Notes: generated by a model from the letters alone, not told the origin. A DNA stretch of 64,000 bases from Faecalibacterium sp. CAG:1138 (GCA_000434675.1 HF988645.1:3522-67521); one strand, 5' to 3'; shown: positions 48,267 to 58,062, counted from the stretch's first letter. Numbers and translations: made by a program.

Positions 48267-48707
48267 CTAAAATTGCAGTTGATATATCAAAGCGTCATAG
48301 GTGTTCTGATAATACTTTTTTCTGGTAGCGACGTATTTGAAGCCCAGGCTTTCGTAAAGCCTTATTGCCGCGTCGTTGTTTTCGCGTACCTCGAGGGAAA
48401 CCAGCATAACGCCGCGCTCTTTTGCCGCCGAAAGCACAACGTTCAGAAGCTTTCTTGCAATCCCCTGCCTGCGGTATTCCGGTCTGACGGCAACGTTTGA
48501 GATGTCCGCCGCCTCGAATATGACGTAAATCGCGACGTAGCCGACGACCTTATCCCCGTCTTTTGCGAGGACGTAGGAAACAAGCGGATTGTCCGCGTCG
48601 TCCGAAAACGCCGACCTCGGCCACGGATCTTCGGGAAAGCACAGCTTTTCGGTTTCGTACACGCCGTCGACTTCCGCCCTGTCCAGCCCGAACTTATAAG
48701 TTACCAC
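48267..48707 (-). CDS. rimI: Ribosomal-protein-alanine N-acetyltransferase
   Basis: 146 aa GNAT (RRQGIARKLL); follows tsaB. Confidence 0.88.
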   Translation of the reverse strand: MVTYKFGLDRAEVDGVYETEKLCFPEDPWPRSAFSDDADNPLVSYVLAKDGDKVVGYVAIYVIFEAADISNVAVRPEYRRQGIARKLLNVVLSAAKERGVMLVSLEVRENNDAAIRLYESLGFKYVATRKKYYQNTYDALIYQLQF

Positions 48708-49281
48708 GTTCTTCGGCCTCCCTTTCCGCCTGAGATTTCCTCAGGTACAGCGGCATCAGCTTTTTGGCGGTCTGATTTTTTTCGGCTTTATCCTTTATAA
48801 CCGCCGCCAGTTTCGAGGCGTAAGTGCGGTCCACGGTTCTGAAAACCTTTTCCGATTTATCCTCGTCCGCCTGCACTTTTTCCATATACCCGGTTTCCGA
48901 GATAACGCCGCCCGTAACTTTTGCGAAATAATAGTTGCCGTGCAAAGCGTCAATAAGACAAAGAGCGTCCTTTTTCCCGTAAGCCATAGCCTCGAAGGCG
49001 TTCACGTCCACAAGCTCGGCTCCGCCTCCGTAAGAAAGCGCGTTTGCGGTGGAAACGCCTATCCTTATCCCCGTGAAGCTTCCCGGCCCCGTTACCGAAC
49101 TTACATATTCTATGTCTGAGACCGTAAGGTTGTTACGCTCCAAAAGCTCGTCGGCAAGCTCCAGAATTTTGGAATTGTGCGAACGCTTATCCCCCGACGA
49201 TATAATATAGTCGGTTTTCTCGCCCGAAATAAGCATAACGAGCAAATCTTCGGAGGTGCTGTCAAATATCAGTGCTTTCAT
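48694..49281 (-). CDS. tsaB: tRNA t6A37 biosynthesis protein TsaB
   Basis: 195 aa; GPGSFTGIRIGVSTA. Confidence 0.9.
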   Translation of the reverse strand: MKALIFDSTSEDLLVMLISGEKTDYIISSGDKRSHNSKILELADELLERNNLTVSDIEYVSSVTGPGSFTGIRIGVSTANALSYGGGAELVDVNAFEAMAYGKKDALCLIDALHGNYYFAKVTGGVISETGYMEKVQADEDKSEKVFRTVDRTYASKLAAVIKDKAEKNQTAKKLMPLYLRKSQAEREAEERGNL

Positions 49282-50317
49282 TTATCTCAAACTCCCTTTC
49301 CGTGTCGGACACGGCTTTAACCGAAACGTATAATCTTTTTTCAGGCAAATCGGAAATCTTGTTCCATTCTATCACGCTGACACCGTCCGAAAACAGCTGC
49401 TCCTCGAAACCCAGCTCCGACAGTTCCTCTTCGGACTCTATGCGGTACATATCGAAATGATACAGCTTGAAGCGGTCGCCCCGATATTCGTTCATAATTG
49501 TGAAAGTCGGACTGGTAACCGTTTCCGTAACGCCCAAGGCTTTGAAAAGACCTTTTGTGAAAGTGGTTTTCCCGGCGCCCAGATCTCCGTCCAGCAAAAC
49601 GACTTCGCCCGCCGTAAGGTTTTTCGCAACCGTTTCGGCAAGCTTGTAGGTATCTTCCACGCTCTTCGACAAAAAGACCTTCGGGATAGGGTTAATTTCG
49701 GATTTTTCCTCTTGTTCGGTTTCGGGTGCAGATTGCAGTTTCATATCTTTGCCGCCTTTTTCCTTGTGGCTTTCCGCCCATACCTTGTCGAACAGCCTGT
49801 GCGTGTTTTTGTAAAGAAGCAACGTGAGCGCGCAGTTTATCGTAGGCTTAATGAGGTTGAACAGCGCGATATAACCCAAAAAGTCCTTGACGATTACCTC
49901 CCTCGGCACTTTCATGTAAAGCGGGGTTATGAGGACGTTCCAGAGCGTCATTTCGACTATCCAGAAAAGTATGCCCGTGCCCATGCCGGTAAGAGCCGAC
50001 TTTAAGGTTCTTTTCCTCTTGTAAAACAGACCGACGATGACCATGAATCCGCCCGTCGACAAAACGTGCATCACGAAGCCGATAACGCCGTTACCCCCAA
50101 GCGCAAACGCCTGAAGCAAACTGCCCGCAACAGTCATGATAAGCGCCGACGGCACGCCGTATAAAAACGCCGCGATTATAATCGGTACGTCCGCCGCGTC
50201 GTACTCCAGAAACGGAACCGCCGGCAGAAGCGGAAAATGAATAAGGCTGACGAGCACTATGCTCATCGCCGTCAGAACGGCTATGCCGCAAAGCTTTTTT
50301 GTGGAAAGAGTTTTCAT
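49262..50317 (-). CDS. tsaE: Fusion protein: RibU-type ECF S component (N-terminal) plus t6A ATPase TsaE (C-terminal)
   Basis: 351 aa from ATG 50317 (GGAG SD). N-terminal 6-TM part with LEYDAADVPIIIAAFLYGVPSA and NVLITPLYM. C-terminal GDLGAGKTTFTKG, SPTFTIMNEY, HFDMYR. No stop codon between the two parts. Confidence 0.85.
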   Translation of the reverse strand: MKTLSTKKLCGIAVLTAMSIVLVSLIHFPLLPAVPFLEYDAADVPIIIAAFLYGVPSALIMTVAGSLLQAFALGGNGVIGFVMHVLSTGGFMVIVGLFYKRKRTLKSALTGMGTGILFWIVEMTLWNVLITPLYMKVPREVIVKDFLGYIALFNLIKPTINCALTLLLYKNTHRLFDKVWAESHKEKGGKDMKLQSAPETEQEEKSEINPIPKVFLSKSVEDTYKLAETVAKNLTAGEVVLLDGDLGAGKTTFTKGLFKALGVTETVTSPTFTIMNEYRGDRFKLYHFDMYRIESEEELSELGFEEQLFSDGVSVIEWNKISDLPEKRLYVSVKAVSDTEREFEINESTDI

Positions 50318-50353
50318 AGTTAATCTCCGAAAAGAAATTAACAAAACGACTTC

Positions 50354-50495
50354 GAAAAAAATTTAGCCCGCAAAAAATGCGGGCGTTGAAACTTCTTCAA
50401 TCCGGACTGTACCGTCGGTGCAGGAATTTCGCCTGCTCGGCTTGCGCTCGTGGACTTTCACCACCGGTAAGGAATTTCACCTTGCCCCCGAAGTA
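50354..50495 (-). promoter_or_regulatory. FMN riboswitch (RFN element) with terminator
   Basis: Minus strand reads cuucgggggcaaggugaaauuccuuaccgguggugaaaguccacgagc...ggcgaaauuccugcaccgacgguacaguccggauugaagaag, close to the B. subtilis ribD RFN. Terminator gcccgca/ugcgggc plus a U-tract at 50354-50384. Confidence 0.92.
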
Positions 50496-50509
50496 TTTTG
50501 CTTTAATTT

Positions 50510-50538
50510 ATTATATCACCGAGTTTTGCCGTTTGCAA
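50510..50538 (-). promoter_or_regulatory. Sigma-A-type promoter driving the FMN riboswitch
   Basis: Minus strand reads TTGCAA-17 nt-TATAAT. Confidence 0.65.
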
Positions 50539-50542
50539 CGGT

Positions 50543-50845
50543 TTAGGCCGCATTTAACGCTTTATCGGCAAAAAATTGCGCCGAAGCCCGATCGTTTTCC
50601 TCAAGCGCGCGCCTTAAGCCGTAGTACACGGTGGCGTCGCGGGTTACCACGATTTGCTTTTCGGGATAACGCTTTTGATATTTGCTTTCAATTTCGGCCT
50701 TCATCTCGCGCCATTCGGACAAGGTGAAAACGTCTCTCGCCGAAACCGCCACCACAATGTAGCTTTCGGTTTCGAAAACCACTTCCGAAACTGTGTTTCC
50801 GAATAAAAAACAAATAAGGACCGCAAAAATTACCGCTTTTTCCAT
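50543..50845 (-). CDS. Small hypothetical exported/anchored protein
   Basis: 100 aa; N-terminal hydrophobic segment MEKAVIFAVLICFLFG; no motif recognised. Confidence 0.5.
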   Translation of the reverse strand: MEKAVIFAVLICFLFGNTVSEVVFETESYIVVAVSARDVFTLSEWREMKAEIESKYQKRYPEKQIVVTRDATVYYGLRRALEENDRASAQFFADKALNAA

Positions 50846-50873
50846 GCCCTTATTTTGAGTTATTTCGTTTTAA

Positions 50874-51224
50874 TTATTCTCTGCCGAACTTGGTAACGTT
50901 GTCGGCTCTGCCCCAAAGCTTGTCCAAAGAATACAAAAGCCTCGTTTCGTCGTTGAAGATATGCACGATAACCGAGCCGTAGTCCAAAACGGCCCAGCGG
51001 CCTTCTCTCATGCCCTCTGTGCGGATCGGTTCGACGCCGATTTTGGCGAGCTCGTCCTCCAGATTTTCGGCAAGCGAATTGACGTGCTGCGTGTTAAGAC
51101 CGGTTGCCACCACGAAGTTTTCGGCGATGACGGTAAGCTCCGCAACGTCCATAACGGTGATGTCTTCGGCTTTTTTGAAATCAAGAATTTCGCAAATTTT
51201 TTGGGTGAGTTCTTTTGTTTCCAT
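50874..51224 (-). CDS. rsfS: Ribosome silencing factor RsfS
   Basis: 116 aa; Iojap-like (WAVLDYGSVIVHIFNDETRLLYSLDKLW). Confidence 0.93.
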   Translation of the reverse strand: METKELTQKICEILDFKKAEDITVMDVAELTVIAENFVVATGLNTQHVNSLAENLEDELAKIGVEPIRTEGMREGRWAVLDYGSVIVHIFNDETRLLYSLDKLWGRADNVTKFGRE

Positions 51225-51226
51225 AG

Positions 51227-52342
51227 TTAATTCTCCTCATAATAGCGCACGGCTTTTGTCGTCAGCGGATAAACGGGATCGCCGCTTTTTGCAACGTGCA
51301 AATAGTTTTCGTATAAAATTTTTCTGAAACCTTTTTCGAAGTCGTCGAAAATGGCGGCGCGAAGCTCGAGGACGCCTTCGTAGTTACGCTCGTAGCTGAC
51401 TACGTCCGCGGCATAAACGAGCTTGTCCAAAAGGCTCATATTTTCCTTCCCCGTGGTGTGGCAGGCTATGGCGGACAATATTTCGGGATCTGTTATGCCG
51501 AAATCGTGCTCGGCAACGTACGCGCCCACGAATTGATGCTCCACCGGCGAACCCAAAGCGTCTTTCGGACAGCTGTTTTCGTCGCCCTTAATGTATTTGC
51601 CGACGTCGTGAAGCGCGGCGGCCACGAACACCTTGTCATAGTCCAGCTTCAGATTGTGGCGGGAATTTAAGGCTATGGCGCAGCACGTAACGCACTTCGT
51701 GTGCAAAAACCTTTTGTCCGTCAGATAACCTTTCAGCTTTTCGATGAAGGCTTCGTAGCGGGAGTAAAGCTTGTTTTTTCGGATATAGTCGTACACCGCA
51801 ACGGGTACTCCCTCGGGTTTTTCGGAAAAGTAAAGCTCCGCTTTTATCTCCCCCGACGAAATGCGTTTTCCTACGTGATCCAAAAGGATAACCTTTTTTC
51901 CGTACCTTTCAAAAATTTCCGCGGCCGACTTTTCGGAATTTTCAAAGCCTTCTCTTTGGTCGGCAACCAGCGTCGTCAGCTCCAGAATCTTTTCGGGATG
52001 GCGCCACGTGGAAAAATGCTCCAGACTGTCGCCGCCCACGAGATAGAACGCTTCGCCGTACTTTTTTTCGATGAGCGGCAAAATTTCAAACGTGTAGTTG
52101 GTTTTGCCGCTTATGCGTTCGACGTCGGAAATTTCCGTTTGAACGGGAAAATCCGAAAACGCCAGCTTAAGCATTTCCACCCTGTCCGAAAAGCTTGCCT
52201 CCGCATTCGATTTATGCCCCGGCGAAAACGTCGGAACGAGAACAAGTTTTTCGGCCCCGAGCTCCTTTACTGCGGCAGCGGCCAGCGAAATATGTTCGGA
52301 ATGGACGGGGTCGAACGCCCCGCCGAATACAATCGTTTTCAT
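51227..52342 (-). CDS. nadD: Fused nicotinate-nucleotide adenylyltransferase NadD / HD-domain YqeK (Ap4A hydrolase type)
   Basis: 371 aa; N-terminal GGAFDPVHSEH and ISSGEIK; C-terminal HD domain (HTKCV..., AAALHDVGKY, ACHTTG). Confidence 0.9.
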   Translation of the reverse strand: MKTIVFGGAFDPVHSEHISLAAAAVKELGAEKLVLVPTFSPGHKSNAEASFSDRVEMLKLAFSDFPVQTEISDVERISGKTNYTFEILPLIEKKYGEAFYLVGGDSLEHFSTWRHPEKILELTTLVADQREGFENSEKSAAEIFERYGKKVILLDHVGKRISSGEIKAELYFSEKPEGVPVAVYDYIRKNKLYSRYEAFIEKLKGYLTDKRFLHTKCVTCCAIALNSRHNLKLDYDKVFVAAALHDVGKYIKGDENSCPKDALGSPVEHQFVGAYVAEHDFGITDPEILSAIACHTTGKENMSLLDKLVYAADVVSYERNYEGVLELRAAIFDDFEKGFRKILYENYLHVAKSGDPVYPLTTKAVRYYEEN

Positions 52343-52439
52343 GGCTATAGTTTAGCACGTTTGGAAAAACTTTTCAACAGTTTCAAAAACAAAACGCAAA
52401 AACCGTATAAAAAGATTTGCCGTGGCAACAATTTAGGTT

Positions 52440-53162
52440 ATGAGTAAGGTTATAGATTATTTAGCGTTGCGCCTGTCGGTGCTCGGATTGCTGTTCGTGT
52501 GGAGCGTCTATCTTTTCGACGAATTTATCAGCGCGTTGCTTTTTACGGCGACGGGGTTCGTGCTATTCGTCATAATTTCGGAAATTGCCAAAAGGGCTTC
52601 GTCCAAAACCAAATACAAGCGCGAAAAGCTGGAATTTCAGATGGCGGTTTTGGGAAGCGGATACGCTTTGAAAATTTACAAACAGCTTTTTCCGTCTGCT
52701 TCCGAAACCTACGACGGCAAGTGCTTCGCCTCGGGCGACACGTTGTATTTTTCGGCCTACAAATTTTTTGCATGCTCCGTCGAGGACGTCTGTCAGGCTT
52801 TCAGGCTTGCCAGAGAAAAAGGATTTGAAAAAATCGTCGTTCTCTGCAAAAGCGCCGACCGCGGCGCGGTTAAGCTGTCGGGAAGTCTGGGCGTAAAAAT
52901 AAGCTTCGAAAAAAGCCGCGACATCTACAAAAAGCTTCTGAAAGCCTCTCTGCTTCCCGAGCTTACGTTTGAAAAAAAGCCCGAAAAGTTTTCGCTTTCG
53001 GACGTTTTGGAGCTGGTGTTTCAAAAACAGAACATACGCTACTATCTGGTTACGGGACTTATGCTGACGCTCATAAGTCTGGTGTCGCCGGCAAAAACCT
53101 ACTACATCGTCGTCGGCACTTTTTCGCTCGCGATGGCGCTGATTTGCGCGCTTAGACGGTAA
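52440..53162 (+). CDS. Hypothetical membrane protein (2 N-terminal TM, ~120-aa cytoplasmic domain, 2 C-terminal TM)
   Basis: 240 aa; plausible composition and its own terminator. Weak SD. The antisense 271-aa ORF is R-rich junk. Confidence 0.55.
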   Translation: MSKVIDYLALRLSVLGLLFVWSVYLFDEFISALLFTATGFVLFVIISEIAKRASSKTKYKREKLEFQMAVLGSGYALKIYKQLFPSASETYDGKCFASGDTLYFSAYKFFACSVEDVCQAFRLAREKGFEKIVVLCKSADRGAVKLSGSLGVKISFEKSRDIYKKLLKASLLPELTFEKKPEKFSLSDVLELVFQKQNIRYYLVTGLMLTLISLVSPAKTYYIVVGTFSLAMALICALRR

Positions 53163-53166
53163 AGTG

Positions 53167-53200
53167 TTCTGAAAAACGGCATTTTTCAGAATAGTTTTTC
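53167..53200 (+). terminator. Rho-independent terminator for the plus-strand membrane protein gene
   Basis: 10-bp stem ttctgaaaaa/tttttcagaa, 5-nt loop, T-tract 3 nt downstream. Confidence 0.7.
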
Positions 53201-53211
53201 CTTTTATAACG

Positions 53212-53240
53212 AAAAAACAGCCTCCGATCGCTCGGAGGCT
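53212..53240 (-). terminator. Rho-independent terminator after yhbY
   Basis: 9-bp stem agcctccga/tcggaggct, then uguuuuuu on the minus strand. Confidence 0.8.
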
Positions 53241-53245
53241 TCGTT

Positions 53246-53536
53246 TTATAAAACGTGTTTGATGCCGGTCTTGTCGCTGACGCGATAAAGCACGATCATG
53301 TTGCCTATTGCCTGCACGGGTTCCGCGCCGACTTCCTCGGCAACTGCCCCGATGATGTCGCGTGCGGTGTAGTCGCAATTTTTCAGAACCTTGACTTTGA
53401 TAAGTTCCCTTGCGCGAAGCGCGTTGTCGATTTCCTCTAAAACGGTGTCGGTTATGCCGTTTTTGCCGATTTGAAACACCGGATCCAAAACGCTTGCTTT
53501 TGCTTTCAATATCGTTCTCTGTTTGCTATTTAGCAT
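53246..53536 (-). CDS. yhbY: Ribosome assembly RNA-binding protein YhbY (CRS1/YhbY domain)
   Basis: 96 aa; LNSKQRTILKAKASVLDPVFQIGKNGITD. Confidence 0.88.
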   Translation of the reverse strand: MLNSKQRTILKAKASVLDPVFQIGKNGITDTVLEEIDNALRARELIKVKVLKNCDYTARDIIGAVAEEVGAEPVQAIGNMIVLYRVSDKTGIKHVL

Positions 53537-53545
53537 TGTTTTCTC

Positions 53546-54817
<1,272 letters not shown>

Positions 54818-55447
54818 TTACCTCTTGTTTTCTTCGTAATATTTGCAAACGCCCGAAAGCGCGCAATTTTCGCAGTCGGGTTTTTGACTTTTGCAACGGT
54901 ATCTTCCCAAAAATATAAGCTGATGATGAATTTTGCCCCAGTCCTTTTCGGGGAAAAATTCCCTTAGCTGCAATTCGGTTTTTTCGGGAGTTTTGCCGTT
55001 TGCTATGCCGAGCCTTCCGGACACTCTGAAAACGTGCGTGTCCACGGCAATGGCGTTTCCGCCGAAAGCGACCGAATAGACGACGTTTGCCGTCTTCTGC
55101 CCCACTCCCGGAAGTTTTTTAAGCTCGCCAACCGTTTCGGGCACGTTGCCGCCGTAGTTTTCGACTATGCTCTTTGCCGCGGCGACGATGCTTTTAGATT
55201 TATTTTTGTAAAAACCCGCAGAATATATGTACGGCTCCAGCTCCTCGGGGTTAAGACGAGCAAAGTCCTCCGCTTCCGGAAACTTTTCAAAAAGCGCAGG
55301 AGTTATCATATTCACTCGCTTGTCCGTGCACTGCGCCGACAAAATCACGCCCACCAGCAGTTGGAAAGCGTTTTGATGATTTATCTCGCATTTCGCGTCC
55401 GGAAACATTTCGTCCAGACCTTTTTCGATTTCAACGTACGTCGGCAT
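54818..55447 (-). CDS. nth: Endonuclease III
   Basis: 209 aa; HhH-GPD (LPGVGQKTANVV); Fe-S cluster CKSQKPDCENCALSGVC. Confidence 0.93.
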   Translation of the reverse strand: MPTYVEIEKGLDEMFPDAKCEINHQNAFQLLVGVILSAQCTDKRVNMITPALFEKFPEAEDFARLNPEELEPYIYSAGFYKNKSKSIVAAAKSIVENYGGNVPETVGELKKLPGVGQKTANVVYSVAFGGNAIAVDTHVFRVSGRLGIANGKTPEKTELQLREFFPEKDWGKIHHQLIFLGRYRCKSQKPDCENCALSGVCKYYEENKR

Positions 55448-55458
55448 GGTTCTTCCTC

Positions 55459-55490
55459 AAAAAAATGTGCCACCCTGATCGAGTGGCACA
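55459..55490 (-). terminator. Rho-independent terminator after rpsU
   Basis: 8-bp stem tgtgccac/gtggcaca, 9-nt loop, U7 on the minus strand. Confidence 0.8.
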
Positions 55491-55498
55491 TACAATTT

Positions 55499-55678
55499 CT
55501 AAGCCTTATAAGCGCGTTTGCGTGCAGCTTCGGCTTTCTTTTTGCGTTTAACGCTTGGTTTTTCGTAAGCTTCGCGTTTGCGCAAATCACCGATGATACC
55601 ATCACGAGCGCATTTCCTCTTAAAGCGACGGATAGCGCTGTCCAAAGATTCGTTTTCACCGACTTTGATAGTAGACAT
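55499..55678 (-). CDS. rpsU: 30S ribosomal protein S21
   Basis: Below the ORF-track size cutoff. Manual translation gives [59 protein letters not shown] (59 aa). Confidence 0.93.
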   Translation of the reverse strand: MSTIKVGENESLDSAIRRFKRKCARDGIIGDLRKREAYEKPSVKRKKKAEAARKRAYKA

Positions 55679-55716
55679 TCATTCTCACCGCCTTTTTTCG
55701 AAGATTTTATACATTT

Positions 55717-55744
55717 ATTATATTTATTTCAAAATTTTTGTCAA
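55717..55744 (-). promoter_or_regulatory. Sigma-A-type promoter for rpsU
   Basis: Minus strand reads TTGACA-16 nt-TATAAT. Confidence 0.6.
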
Positions 55745-55768
55745 GCGATTTTCACCGTCAAATCCGCC

Positions 55769-56104
55769 TCAGCACATTTTTTCCGACAGTTTTTTGCCGC
55801 CGAGGATATGGAAATGCAGATGCTGTACGCTCTGACAGCCGTCTTCGCCCTTGTTTGACACTACTCTGAACCCGTTTTTAAGTCCTAATTCGTCCGCCCT
55901 GTCGGCAACCGTTTTAAGAGATTTGCCGAGAGTAACGGCGTCTTCCTCGGTCATGTCGGCAAGGTCCTTAAAGTGTTTTTTAGGGATAAGCAGAAGATGC
56001 ACCGGCGCTTGGGGATTGAGATCCTTGATGACGACGCAATCGTTTGTTTCCAAAACTTTTTCCGACGGAATTTCGCCCGCCGCTATTTTACAGAATATGC
56101 ACAT
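55769..56104 (-). CDS. HIT-family (histidine triad) nucleotide-binding protein
   Basis: 111 aa; HLHFHILGG. Confidence 0.9.
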   Translation of the reverse strand: MCIFCKIAAGEIPSEKVLETNDCVVIKDLNPQAPVHLLLIPKKHFKDLADMTEEDAVTLGKSLKTVADRADELGLKNGFRVVSNKGEDGCQSVQHLHFHILGGKKLSEKMC

Positions 56105-56116
56105 ATTTTTTCTCCT

Positions 56117-57340
56117 TTATTTTAGGCCGTCCCTGAAAATTTCGGTAGGAACGACGTTTACTATTTCGTCGTGAAGCGCGCCCTCTTTATAGACTTTGAC
56201 GTAGTGTCTGGTGTAGCCCACGCTGTAGCCGTCTTCTTCGTCTTCGAAAAGCACTTCGGTTTCTCGTCCCAAAAACTTTTCCGAATAGGCGGTTTTAAGC
56301 TGTTTTTTAAGTTCCAGCAGTTCTTTTTCCCTGCCTTCCGCAACGGACGACGGCACGAGCGGCCATTTTGCCGCAACGGTGCCCGCGCGTTTGCTGTAGC
56401 GGAAAACGTGAATATCCGCAAATGCAACTTTCTTTATAAATTCAACCGTGCTCTTATGCTGCTTTTCGGTTTCGGTCGGAAAAGCCGTGATGACGTCGGT
56501 CGTCAGAGCCGCGTCCGGGAAATACTTTCTTATGAGTTCGGTTTTTTCAAGAAATTCGTCCGAGGTATAACGGCGATTCATTTTTTTCAGAACCTCGTCG
56601 TTTCCCGATTGCAGGCTGAGGTGAAACTGTGGGCAGAATTTTTTGAGCTTCGACAGCGCGGTCAACAGTTCGTCGGTGATTACCCCCGCTTCCAGCGAAC
56701 CCAGACGAATTCTGACGTCAACGTCCGAAATTTCGTTTATGAGTGCGGTAAGCGTTGCCCCGTTATCTTTGCCGTAGGCCGAAAGATTTATGCCCGTAAG
56801 CACGAGTTCCTTGGAAATTTTTGCGGTTTTCCTTATTTCCGCGGCGGCCGCGTCCAAACTTCTCGACCTGCTCCGCCCCCTGACGTAAGGAATCAGGCAA
56901 TACGTGCAGAAATTGTTGCACCCGTCCTGAATTTTGATGTAGCTTCTGGTTCTCGGGCTTTCCATGCCGCCCAGTTCCTCGTAGGTTTCAGGAAGCTCCT
57001 TCTCCGTCACGCCGCATTCCGGAAGATCGGCCACGGCAAGCTTGTCGGCGTTTCCCGAAGCGTAAACGACGCCGTCCTTTTCAAACTGGCCGAGGTTGTT
57101 CTGACTTGCGCAGCCTATGACGAAAATTTTTGCGTCCGGATTGCATTTTTTTACCCTCGCAACCGCCTGACGGCTCTTTTTTTCCGCCTCCATGGTTACG
57201 GCGCAGGTGTTTATGACGTAAACGTCGGCAGGTTCCAAACGTTCGGAAACCTCATATCCCTGTTCTTTGAACCTCGCGACGAGCGAATCGCTTTCGTATT
57301 GATTCACCTTGCATCCGAGATTGAAAACGACGACTTTCAT
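56117..57340 (-). CDS. mtaB: tRNA ms2t6A methylthiotransferase MtaB (radical SAM)
   Basis: 407 aa; CNNFCTYCLIP; same position as B. subtilis yqeV after rsmE. Confidence 0.86.
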   Translation of the reverse strand: MKVVVFNLGCKVNQYESDSLVARFKEQGYEVSERLEPADVYVINTCAVTMEAEKKSRQAVARVKKCNPDAKIFVIGCASQNNLGQFEKDGVVYASGNADKLAVADLPECGVTEKELPETYEELGGMESPRTRSYIKIQDGCNNFCTYCLIPYVRGRSRSRSLDAAAAEIRKTAKISKELVLTGINLSAYGKDNGATLTALINEISDVDVRIRLGSLEAGVITDELLTALSKLKKFCPQFHLSLQSGNDEVLKKMNRRYTSDEFLEKTELIRKYFPDAALTTDVITAFPTETEKQHKSTVEFIKKVAFADIHVFRYSKRAGTVAAKWPLVPSSVAEGREKELLELKKQLKTAYSEKFLGRETEVLFEDEEDGYSVGYTRHYVKVYKEGALHDEIVNVVPTEIFRDGLK

Positions 57341-58062
57341 GCGTTCATTTCTCCAAGTTCGTACATTGTTATCGCAAGAAGCGACACTGCGGCGGTTTCG
57401 GCGCGAAGTATGCGCTTGCCCAAACTGACCAGAACGGCTCCCGCGTCCTTAAGCGCTTCCGCTTCTTTTTTCGTAAATCCGCCTTCGCTTCCGACGACGA
57501 GAATTATTTCTTTTTGATCCCTAAGCTTTTCGAGCGCGACGGAGAGCGAAAATTCTTCCTCGTCCTCGTAGGCCGCAATGGTCGGAGCCGTCTTCGAAAG
57601 CTCCAGAATTTTTGAAAAGTCCGAAACCTTTATTTCGGGTTTGGCCGCCCTGTGGCACTGCTTTGCAGCCTCCAGAGCGATTTTGTCCAGCCGATCCTTC
57701 TGTACGCGTTTTTCCGTTACGTTTTCCGAATCGAAAAACACTATTTCTGACGCCCCCAGTTCCACGGCTTTTTGCGCGACGAAGTCGTTTTTGCCGCCCT
57801 TAAGCGAAGCCTGACAAAGGGTTACGCGGTGCGTCGGCATGCCTTTGTTCGGGGTTTTCGAGGTGATTTTCGCCTTGAAATAATCTTTGCCGACGTCCGT
57901 AATTTCCGCCATATAGTCCCATCCGTCGCCGGTTGACAAAATGATTTTGTAGCCGACTTTGTAACGAAGAACTTTGACGGCATGCACGAATTCCGCACCC
58001 GAAACCGTTACAATATTTTCGTCAAAATCGCTGTTTTTTACAAAAAATCTGCGTAATTCCAT
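57337..58062 (-). CDS. rsmE: 16S rRNA (uracil1498-N3)-methyltransferase RsmE
   Basis: 241 aa from ATG 58062 (MELRRFFV). 1-nt overlap with the prmA stop. C-terminal ILRAETAAV. Confidence 0.9.
   Translation of the reverse strand: MELRRFFVKNSDFDENIVTVSGAEFVHAVKVLRYKVGYKIILSTGDGWDYMAEITDVGKDYFKAKITSKTPNKGMPTHRVTLCQASLKGGKNDFVAQKAVELGASEIVFFDSENVTEKRVQKDRLDKIALEAAKQCHRAAKPEIKVSDFSKILELSKTAPTIAAYEDEEEFSLSVALEKLRDQKEIILVVGSEGGFTKKEAEALKDAGAVLVSLGKRILRAETAAVSLLAITMYELGEMNA

Noticed and set aside
50377-50727. 116-aa plus-strand ORF.
   Set aside because: It is antisense to the FMN riboswitch and its promoter. The region is explained by the RNA element.
52563-53378. 271-aa minus-strand ORF.
   Set aside because: It is extremely R-rich, is antisense to the better plus-strand membrane ORF, and runs across two terminators into yhbY.
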